A stretch of DNA of 64,000 bases. Origin: Candidatus Multivorans sp. (GTDB lineage Bacteria > Acidobacteriota > Thermoanaerobaculia > Multivoradales > Multivoraceae). Location: contig OZ244786.1 of assembly GCA_965219675.1 (NCBI GenBank), positions 138,378 to 202,377 on the forward strand. Direction: 5' to 3'. The first letter of the stretch is position 1. Every line of letters starts with the position of its first letter. Shown piece after piece: positions 38,951 to 46,669 of the stretch. The notes under the pieces are model-generated. The model was not told the origin of the DNA. It made no database searches and saw only the letters and a program-made list of their open reading frames with translations. A program made the position numbers and the translations under genes.

Positions 38951-40233
38951 AGGTCCTGGTCATCGGCAACGGTGGCCGCGAACACGCGATGTGCTGGCTC
39001 ATCCGGGAGCGGTCGCCAGCGACGGAGCTCTACTGCGCACCTGGCAGTCCGGGTACCGAGGAGTGCGGCGAGAGTGTTCCGATCGACGTCTCGGACGTCG
39101 AGGGCCTTGGCCGCTTCGCGGCCGAGCGCGACGTCGACCTCACGGTGGTCGGCCCCGAGCTGCCGCTTTCTCTCGGCATCGTGGACGCGTTCCGCGAGCG
39201 CGGTCTGCGCATCTTCGGCCCTTCCCGCGCCGCCGCCCGCCTGGAGAGTTCGAAGGTGTTCGCCAAGGAGTTCATGGAGCGGCACGGCGTGCCGACATCC
39301 GACTTCGTGGTCGCCGGCGACCGGGACAGCGCGCGCCGGGCGGCGGAGCGGTTCGGTTTGCCGGCCGTGCTCAAGGCGGACGGCCTCGCCGCCGGCAAGG
39401 GCGTGCTGATCGTGTCCTCGCCGGAGGAGCTGGAGGCCGCACTGGACGTCTTCTTCGTCGACCGTCGCTTCGGTGCTGCCGGGGCCCGGGTTCTCATCGA
39501 GCCCTTCGTGCTCGGCGAGGAGGTCTCCTTCATCGGGTTCTGCGACGGCCGGCGGGTCCTTCCGCTGGCGACCTCCAAGGACTACAAGCGGATCGGCGAC
39601 GACGACGCCGGCCCGAACACCGGCGGCATGGGCGCCCACAGCCCGGCGGGAATCGTCACCGGAGAACAGATCTCCGAGATCATGACCGACGTGATGGAAC
39701 GGACCGTGGCCGGCATGGCCGCGGACGGTACGCCCTTCTCCGGCGTGCTCTACGCGGGTCTGATGATGAGTCCGGACGGTCCGCAGGTACTCGAGTTCAA
39801 CGTCCGGCTGGGCGATCCCGAGGCGCAGGCGCTGCTGCTGAGGCTCGAGGAGGATCCGGTCGACCTGTTCGCTGCCGGCGCCGACGGCGACTTCGGACGC
39901 TCCGAGCTCGCCTTCAGCTCCGGTGCTTCGGCGTGCCTGGTGCTGGCCAACCTGGGCTACCCGGGGAAGGCGGCGTCGGGAGACGCGATCGAAGGGATCG
40001 AAGCCGCTCAAGCGCGCGAGGGCGTGGTCGTGTTCCACGCGGGCACCGGCCGCCGGAACGGCCAGGTCGTCGCCACGGGCGGGCGGGTGCTGAACGTCTG
40101 TGCGGTGGGCGACGACCTGGACCAGGCGCTTGCGCGGGCGTACGAGGGGGCCGCACGGATTCACTGGCCGGCCAAGGCGATGCGCTCGGATATCGGCCGG
40201 CGGGTGCTGGGGATGAGGGCGGTCCTGTCGTGA
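38947..40233 (+). CDS. purD: Phosphoribosylamine-glycine ligase
   Basis: The translation from TTG 38947 is (M)KVLVIGNGGREHAMCWLI, the canonical PurD N-terminus. The TTG overlaps the ispH TGA. Confidence 0.9.
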   Translation: MKVLVIGNGGREHAMCWLIRERSPATELYCAPGSPGTEECGESVPIDVSDVEGLGRFAAERDVDLTVVGPELPLSLGIVDAFRERGLRIFGPSRAAARLESSKVFAKEFMERHGVPTSDFVVAGDRDSARRAAERFGLPAVLKADGLAAGKGVLIVSSPEELEAALDVFFVDRRFGAAGARVLIEPFVLGEEVSFIGFCDGRRVLPLATSKDYKRIGDDDAGPNTGGMGAHSPAGIVTGEQISEIMTDVMERTVAGMAADGTPFSGVLYAGLMMSPDGPQVLEFNVRLGDPEAQALLLRLEEDPVDLFAAGADGDFGRSELAFSSGASACLVLANLGYPGKAASGDAIEGIEAAQAREGVVVFHAGTGRRNGQVVATGGRVLNVCAVGDDLDQALARAYEGAARIHWPAKAMRSDIGRRVLGMRAVLS

Positions 40234-40982
40234 GTTGCGGCGGCTGCAGCTTTGCCGGTCAATCGACCGCGGTGGAGGACACGTTCGTCGGTGTGCGGTT
40301 CGGCGAAGAGACGAACCTCACCCTGTGCAGCACCGGGGGCGAACTGCTGGCCCGTGGCGACGCGGTGATCGTGTCGATGAAGCCGGGCCCCGCCTTTGGC
40401 CTGGTCGAGAAATCCCCCATGCCGGTGTTCAAGCCGTGCCAGAAGTCGAGTGCCCGCCGTCTGATCCGTCGGGCCGACGACGCGGATCGCGCGGCGAGAG
40501 AACGGCAACTGACGAACCAGGTCCGCGGCAAGGCGTTCTGCCGCGAGAGGGCGCGAGCGCTCGGTCTGGAGATGAAGGTGTCACGGGTCGACTTCAGTCT
40601 GGACAGCCGCCACGCGACGTTCTACTTCACCGCCGAACGGCGGGTCGACTTCCGGCAGTTGCTGCGGGACTTGAAGGGTCGCTTCAAATCCCGCGTGCGA
40701 CTGGTTCACGTCGGACCCCGGGATGAGGCGAGGCTCCTTGGTGGCGTCGGTATCTGCGGACGGACCCTGTGCTGCTCCACGTGGATCGAGGACTTCCGGC
40801 CCATCTCGATCCAGATGGCCAAACGACAGGGCCTGAGTCTCAACCCGTCCAAGATCTCCGGCAGCTGCGGCCGGCTCCTCTGCTGTCTCGCGTACGAGGA
40901 CGACGACTATCGCCGCCGCCGTCCGAGGGAGAGGTCGTGGTCGGGCGGCCGCGACGGTGGCGCCCTGCCCGTGCTCAGTTGA
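40230..40982 (+). CDS. PSP1-domain protein (YaaT/RicT-like)
   Basis: FYFTAERRVDFRQLLRDLKGRFKSRVRLVHVGPRDEARLLGGVGICGRTLCCSTWI...GSCGRLLCCLAYE. The GTG overlaps the purD TGA. Confidence 0.85.
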   Translation: MSCGGCSFAGQSTAVEDTFVGVRFGEETNLTLCSTGGELLARGDAVIVSMKPGPAFGLVEKSPMPVFKPCQKSSARRLIRRADDADRAARERQLTNQVRGKAFCRERARALGLEMKVSRVDFSLDSRHATFYFTAERRVDFRQLLRDLKGRFKSRVRLVHVGPRDEARLLGGVGICGRTLCCSTWIEDFRPISIQMAKRQGLSLNPSKISGSCGRLLCCLAYEDDDYRRRRPRERSWSGGRDGGALPVLS

Positions 40983-41000
40983 ACGAGCTGCGCCGCGACG

Positions 41001-42440
41001 TCACGAGGCGCCCCGCCTGCTCAGCACCGCCGGGATCGTCTTCAGCATGATCTTGAAGTCGAGCGTCGGCGACCATTTGTCGATGTACTCGAGGTCGAGT
41101 TCCATCCAGCGGTCGAAGTCCAGGTCGCTGCGGCCGCTGACCTGCCAGAGGCACGTGATGCCCGGCTTCATCGACAGGCGGCGCCGCTGCCGTCTTGTGT
41201 ACGGCTCCTTCTCTTCGAGAGGTCTGGGCCCGACCAGGCTCATGTCGCCCCGCACGACGTTCCAGAACTGGGGGAGTTCGTCGAGACTGAACCTGCGCAG
41301 GTAGTGCCCCAGAGGCGTGATCCGCGGATCGCGGTCCATCTTGAAAGCCGGACCGCCCATCGTGTTCAGGTGTCTCAAGTCGGTCCGCCTGGCGTCGGCG
41401 TCCGCGACCATCGTGCGGAGCTTGTACATGGTGAAGCGCCGGCCGTTCAGACCGCAACGCGTCTGGCGGTAGAGCACGGAGCCGGACGAGGTGATCTTGA
41501 TCAGAAGCGCCAGCACCAGGATCGCGGGCAGGCTGATGGCCAGCAGCACGAGGCCGATGCAGACGTCGTAGAAGCGCTTGAACAGCAGCAGGGGAAGGCT
41601 GGACGGCGCCGGCGACAGCGTGACGACGGGCCGCCCGGCAAGGGAGTCGAGTTGTACCTGGCTGTGGGCCGGCGGCAGCAGGTCGAGCGCGATGCGGGTC
41701 TGGATGCCCTGTTCCTGGAGCGCGTCGAAGATCGTCTGCAGGGCGGGCAGCTCATTCGGAGTCACGGCAAACAACACGTCGTCGACGACGTGCTCGGAGA
41801 CGACGCGCAGGATGTCGTCGACACCGCCCCAGACCGGCTGTGCACCGTGTGCGGATCTGCTCCCGTCGGTGTGGATCAGGCCGACGATCCTGAGACCCCA
41901 GTAGGAGTGGTCCTCGATCGACCGGGCGAGTTGCCGGGCTGCTTCCGGTGTGCCGGCGATGAGCACGGCTCGCTGGTTCAGACCGTGTTGCCGCAGGTCC
42001 CGAGCCAGCGCACGCAGGGCGATCTTCTCGGCCAGCAGCAGCACGAAGGCCAGGCCGGAGAAGAGGAGCAGCCAGGGCCGGCTCAGCCGATCCTGCAGCA
42101 GGATCTGGTCCAGTTGGAGGACGAAGACGGCGAACAGGATCAGCACGGTCGCCGCCGCGGCCACTTTGAGGATCGCGGTCGCCTCCGTCTTCAGGTCGGC
42201 GATGCGGTGCGAGCGGTAACGCCGGGTGGCGACCAGGGGCACAGCCCAGGCCAGGAGTGCCACCGGGAGCAGAGGCAGATGGTCGCTCAGCGGATAGAGG
42301 GGCCGTGGGAAGAGGCCCGGCAACACCTGCGGGAACAGCTCGCTGCGGATCGCGTAGGCGAGAAAGAACGCCGCCGCGACCAGCGAGAGGTCGAGGGCCA
42401 GAACCAGGCCGGCTTGCAGTCGAATGCGTTGTTTCAACAT
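41001..42440 (-). CDS. Polyprenyl-phosphate glycosyl-1-phosphate transferase (WbaP/EpsB-type initiating sugar transferase)
   Basis: The N-terminal transmembrane block is followed by FKRFYDVCIGLVLLAISLPAILVLALLIK, YRQTRCGLNGRRFTMYKLRTM and DELPQFWNVVRGDMSLVGPRP. Confidence 0.88.
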   Translation of the reverse strand: MLKQRIRLQAGLVLALDLSLVAAAFFLAYAIRSELFPQVLPGLFPRPLYPLSDHLPLLPVALLAWAVPLVATRRYRSHRIADLKTEATAILKVAAAATVLILFAVFVLQLDQILLQDRLSRPWLLLFSGLAFVLLLAEKIALRALARDLRQHGLNQRAVLIAGTPEAARQLARSIEDHSYWGLRIVGLIHTDGSRSAHGAQPVWGGVDDILRVVSEHVVDDVLFAVTPNELPALQTIFDALQEQGIQTRIALDLLPPAHSQVQLDSLAGRPVVTLSPAPSSLPLLLFKRFYDVCIGLVLLAISLPAILVLALLIKITSSGSVLYRQTRCGLNGRRFTMYKLRTMVADADARRTDLRHLNTMGGPAFKMDRDPRITPLGHYLRRFSLDELPQFWNVVRGDMSLVGPRPLEEKEPYTRRQRRRLSMKPGITCLWQVSGRSDLDFDRWMELDLEYIDKWSPTLDFKIMLKTIPAVLSRRGAS

Positions 42441-42468
42441 GGGTTGCGGGCCCCCAAGGCACGTGAGT

Positions 42469-44634
42469 CTAACCGCCTCTCGACCGCTGCCGGGAGTGTC
42501 TTGCGCACAAGCGGCGAAACAACTCCTCGTACTCGTCCGTGACCCGGTCCCAGTTGTACTCCGCCTGCGCCCGTGCCGCTGCTCGCTCGCCCAGGAGACG
42601 TGCGCGCACCGGGTCGCCGGCGGCCTGCTCGAATGCGGCGGTCAGCGAGGCCTGATCCTGGACGTCGAAGTAGATGGCGGCCTCGGCCGCCGTTTCGCGG
42701 TTGGCCGGCTCGTCGTTGACCAGCACGCAGTTGCCGTAGCCCATCGCTTCGACCAGCGCGGGATGGGTGCCGCCGACTTCGGTGGCGTGCACGGTCGCGA
42801 GCGCGGACGAGAGCAGCCCCCGGTAGCGGTCGCCGTACACGGCGCCCGGGAAGCGCACCCGCGGATCGGCGGTCCGCTTCATCTCGGTGATGAAGTCGGA
42901 GGCATAGGGTGCGTCGCCGACCATGACCAGGGGCACGTCACCGCCGACCCGGGCATAGGCCGCGACGACGCGGTGCGGGTTGTTCTCCGGCTCGAACCGG
43001 CTGACGTAGAGGAAGTAACGCCGGGGTTCGAGTCCCAGCTCGTCCAGGATCGGGTGGGAGACGATGGGCCGGGGCTCGACGCCGTAGCGGATCATCGTCG
43101 TTTCGCGGCCGTACCGGTGCCGGTAGTGGTCGGCGATCACGTCGGCGTCGCTGACCGTCACGCCGGGCAAGAGGCACGCCAGGCGTTCGGAGACGGCGTA
43201 CACGAGGCGGCCGGGCCAACCCCATTTCGCCCTTCGTTTCTCGATTCCGTCCACGTGGAGGGCGGTACGGAGGCGGCGGGGCCACAGCAGCGGCAGGAGG
43301 ACGGCGTTCGCGCCGTTGACGACCAGGGCTGCGCGTGCGCCGCGTGCGCGCAAGGTGGCGTGGAGGCAGGAAAGCAGGGTGTGCACCGGCGTGTCGCCGT
43401 ACTTCGTGCGCAACGTCGGCAGGACGACTAGGTCGACGCCGCGGTACGAGCTGAGCCGCCGGTCGACGTAGTGGGACCGGCAGTAGACGGTGACTGGCCA
43501 ACCACGTTCCGCCAGCCGCGGCGCCAGCGCCTCGATCATCGTCTCGTAGCCGCTGTAGTTGGCCGGAATGCCGCGACTGCCCAGGATCAGAACCCTCGGT
43601 CGATCAGGCTCGAGCGGCAGGGACTGCCGCCCGAACCACCTGGCGATCGTGCGGGGCGGCACGCTGCGGCGGGCGCGGATCAGGCGCCGTCGTTCGAGGA
43701 TCCGGCGACGGTTGCGCCACAGCCAGGCGTAGGCGGCCAGCGACGACGGCTCGCGCAACAGCACGTAGCCGAGGATGCCGAGTTCCCGGAGCGAGGTCGC
43801 GAGTAGCGTGCGCGGGGCGTCGGCCAGGGACCGATGGTAGAGCTGTAGCAGGTAGCGGTTCTTGAGCGAGTGGAAGTTGATCTCCCGCGTCATCTGGCGG
43901 CGCCGCCGGGACAGGTTGACGCGGCCGTGTACCGCGCGGGCCCTGGGTTCGTAGAGCACCTCCCAGCCTCGTTCCCGCAGCCGGAAGCCGAGTTCCGCGT
44001 CCTCCCGGTAGGAGTGGAAGTCGTCGTCCAGGATCCGTCCGTCGACCGCCGCGTCCCGCAACGCGGCGCTCAGAAACAGCGTCGCGGCGCCGGTGCCGCC
44101 GAACACCCGCTCGGTGGCCGGGTACTGGCCGTGGTCCGCCTGATCGGAGCCGCGGTCGACGTGGCGCCAGCTTCGCGTGAGCGCCATGCCGCAGGCGTCG
44201 ATGACGGTGCTGTCGGTGCGCGGACCTTCCGCGCTGCAATCCGTTCTCAGCAACCGGCCCGTCACCGCACCTACCGGCCGCTTCTCGCTCGTGAACCGGC
44301 GGAGGCTCTCGATCAGGCGCATCGCGTAGTCGGGCGCCGGCCAGGCGTCCGCGTTCAGGCTGAGAACCCAGTCGGGGCGGGGGTTGCTCGCGAACGCGCT
44401 CTCCAGCGCCCGGTTCAGGCCGCCGGCGAAGCCGGTGTTCTCGTCGAGAGCGATCACCTCTACGGGAAAGGCGGCCGCCTCGGCCTGCTCGCGCAGGGAC
44501 TCTTCCGTGCCGTCGGTGCTCGCGTTGTCGACGACGATCAACCGGAACGCGGGTCCTTCGAGCCCCGCGAGCGCGTCGAAGAAGCGCGGCAGGTTCGCCG
44601 CGTCGTTCCAGGTGACGGTGCAGATGGCTAGCAC
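42469..44634 (-). CDS. Two-domain glycosyltransferase: N-terminal GT2 fused to a C-terminal DUF1972/GT4 (group 1) domain
   Basis: The N-terminus has ICTVTWNDAANLPRF...LIVVDNASTDGT (GT2). The C-terminal half has RVLILGSRGIPANYSGYETMIEALAPRL and EVGGTHPALVEAMGYGNCVLV (GT4 EX7E-like). The start codon is GTG. Confidence 0.78.
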   Translation of the reverse strand: MLAICTVTWNDAANLPRFFDALAGLEGPAFRLIVVDNASTDGTEESLREQAEAAAFPVEVIALDENTGFAGGLNRALESAFASNPRPDWVLSLNADAWPAPDYAMRLIESLRRFTSEKRPVGAVTGRLLRTDCSAEGPRTDSTVIDACGMALTRSWRHVDRGSDQADHGQYPATERVFGGTGAATLFLSAALRDAAVDGRILDDDFHSYREDAELGFRLRERGWEVLYEPRARAVHGRVNLSRRRRQMTREINFHSLKNRYLLQLYHRSLADAPRTLLATSLRELGILGYVLLREPSSLAAYAWLWRNRRRILERRRLIRARRSVPPRTIARWFGRQSLPLEPDRPRVLILGSRGIPANYSGYETMIEALAPRLAERGWPVTVYCRSHYVDRRLSSYRGVDLVVLPTLRTKYGDTPVHTLLSCLHATLRARGARAALVVNGANAVLLPLLWPRRLRTALHVDGIEKRRAKWGWPGRLVYAVSERLACLLPGVTVSDADVIADHYRHRYGRETTMIRYGVEPRPIVSHPILDELGLEPRRYFLYVSRFEPENNPHRVVAAYARVGGDVPLVMVGDAPYASDFITEMKRTADPRVRFPGAVYGDRYRGLLSSALATVHATEVGGTHPALVEAMGYGNCVLVNDEPANRETAAEAAIYFDVQDQASLTAAFEQAAGDPVRARLLGERAAARAQAEYNWDRVTDEYEELFRRLCARHSRQRSRGG

Positions 44635-45533
44635 CGGTCTCTCCAGCCCGTCGCGGTCGCCGCCAACCGCCAGAGCCCCGCGGCCGCCTCGCCGCGGCTG
44701 CGCGCTCGGCGTGGACGGCGAAGCGGCAGCAGGACGATGCGGAGCAACGCGGCTGCGGTCAGCACGACGCGCAGTACGAGAGCGGCGCCGAGGCCATGAT
44801 GCTTGCGGGCGTACCGGTCCAGGTTGCGGTAGTAGGCGAGCAGGAAGGGGCCGTAGCCGAGACGCGGAACGGAGGCGCCGAGACCGTGCCGGAACGTGGC
44901 GTCCGGCCAGTAGCGGATCGTTTCGCCGAGATCACGAAGCCGGCGGGCGAGGTCGACATCCTCGAACCAGGCGGGCCAGAACACTCCGTCCATGCCCCCG
45001 GCGGCCTGGAAGGCGTCGCGTCGAAGCAGGAGGGCGCAGGCCGCGGGCTGCTCGACGGGCGAACCCGCCGGCGGCTCGGGCAGCGCCCCGGGCTCCACGA
45101 AGCAGCAGTAGCCGAGCAGTGTGCGGAGAGCGGGCAGCCTGCGCAGTTGCCAACCGGCCTGAGGAGTGCCGTCCTCGTCCAGCAACCGGGGTGCCAGCCC
45201 GGCGGCTTCCGGATGCTGCTCCATGCCCCGGATCAGGGACTCGAGGGCCCCGGATTCGGGCCTGGCGTCTGTGTTGAGGATGAGCAACAGGCGCCCTCGC
45301 GCATCGTTCGCACCGCGGTTGATCGCGGCCGCGAAGCCGAGGTTGCGGCCCGGCTCGACGAGGTGAACGTTGGGCCTGCCGTCAACTTGCTCGCCACGGT
45401 GTCCACTCGAGCCGTTGTCGACCACGATCAGCTCGAACCGCCCGTCCCGGGGCCAGCTTCGGACGAGGCGCGCCAGGTTGTCCTCGTCGTGCCAGTGCGG
45501 TGCGATCGCGGTCAGAAGCGGAGCCCCGCTCAT
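44628..45533 (-). CDS. Family-2 glycosyltransferase
   Basis: LIVVDNGSSG, NLGFAAAINRG and LLILNTDA are GT2 (GT-A DxD) patterns. Confidence 0.78.
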   Translation of the reverse strand: MSGAPLLTAIAPHWHDEDNLARLVRSWPRDGRFELIVVDNGSSGHRGEQVDGRPNVHLVEPGRNLGFAAAINRGANDARGRLLLILNTDARPESGALESLIRGMEQHPEAAGLAPRLLDEDGTPQAGWQLRRLPALRTLLGYCCFVEPGALPEPPAGSPVEQPAACALLLRRDAFQAAGGMDGVFWPAWFEDVDLARRLRDLGETIRYWPDATFRHGLGASVPRLGYGPFLLAYYRNLDRYARKHHGLGAALVLRVVLTAAALLRIVLLPLRRPRRARSRGEAAAGLWRLAATATGWRDRC

Positions 45534-46669
45534 GCCCCGCTCCGGGCCTGGGGGCGCCGTCTCCGGCTCCAGGCCGCCTGCTCGCGACCGAAGCCGGCGA
45601 ACCGCGGCAGGAGCCGGACCGCACGGCCCCAGGCGAACAGCAGATCCGCAGGCCCCGGGCGTCGTGAATCGCCGGGCAGCGCGTCGCTCTTCGCGCGCCG
45701 GAACAGATCGACCGCGTCGCGAAACAGGACTCGGGGCAGCAGAAGCCAGAAGCTGCGGCCCGAACGCTTCGCCAGCACCAGCAGCCGGTTGCAGTAAATC
45801 CGGCGAACGCGCCGTCTGGCGTCGCGGCGGCCACGGCTCGACAGCGCGCCGGCGTGTTCGATGCGGGCCGCCGGCGCCAGCACCGCTTCGTACGATGCGC
45901 GGCGCAGCCGGTCGGCGAGCTCGACGTCTTCGTAGTAGCTCTCCAGCCGTTCGTTGAAGGGACGGAGCGTTCCGCCGGCCGGGCTTACGGCGACCAGGGC
46001 TTCGCGCCGGTAGATCGCCGCGGTCGCGGATACCCCGTAGACGGGTCTCGGCACTCCGCCTGCCGGCGGTGCAGTTTCGCCGCGGTCGACCTGGATCGCC
46101 TGCCGGCGGCTGTTCCAGGCCAAGCCGGCGCCGTCGATTCGTGCTTCGCCGCCGTCAGCGGGCGGAAGCAGGTTGAGTCCCTGTGCCGCCGCGACAGGGG
46201 AGTCGGCGGAGGCCTTCGGATCGGTGCCAGGGCATGCGCCGAGGGCCGCGAGCAGGGTTCGAGTCCAGCCGGTCGCCAGCACGGCGTCGTCGTTCACCAG
46301 GGCGATGAGGCGGCCCCGGCTGGCGGCGATGCCGGCGTTGGCGGCACGGGCGAATCCCGCCGGTCGGGGAAGCTGCACGATCCGCGGCGTATGCTGGAAA
46401 GCAGTCGGGTCCTCCGACGCGAACCGCCGGGCGAGCGCCCTGAGCGCCGCCGGGCCGCCGGCCCGGTTCCCGGTCTCCCGCGCCAGGTCGCGGGAGGTCG
46501 TGGCCGGGTGCTGCCAGACGACGATCAGTTCGGCCGGTACGCCGGTTGCCGCGGCGTCCCGGTAGATGGACTCGAGACAGCCGGCGAGGTGCTCCGGTAC
46601 GCCGACCGTTGGAACGACGTAGGAGACTGCGGGTGCCTGGGCCGACCCGGCGCTGGACCCGGCAATCAA
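45530..46669 (-). CDS. Family-2 glycosyltransferase
   Basis: VSYVVPTVGVPEHLAGCLESI, GFARAANAGI and LVNDDAV are present. The start is TTG 46669, overlapping the upstream TGA. The upstream 277 codons of the track ORF are shadow. Confidence 0.72.
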   Translation of the reverse strand: MIAGSSAGSAQAPAVSYVVPTVGVPEHLAGCLESIYRDAAATGVPAELIVVWQHPATTSRDLARETGNRAGGPAALRALARRFASEDPTAFQHTPRIVQLPRPAGFARAANAGIAASRGRLIALVNDDAVLATGWTRTLLAALGACPGTDPKASADSPVAAAQGLNLLPPADGGEARIDGAGLAWNSRRQAIQVDRGETAPPAGGVPRPVYGVSATAAIYRREALVAVSPAGGTLRPFNERLESYYEDVELADRLRRASYEAVLAPAARIEHAGALSSRGRRDARRRVRRIYCNRLLVLAKRSGRSFWLLLPRVLFRDAVDLFRRAKSDALPGDSRRPGPADLLFAWGRAVRLLPRFAGFGREQAAWSRRRRPQARSGA

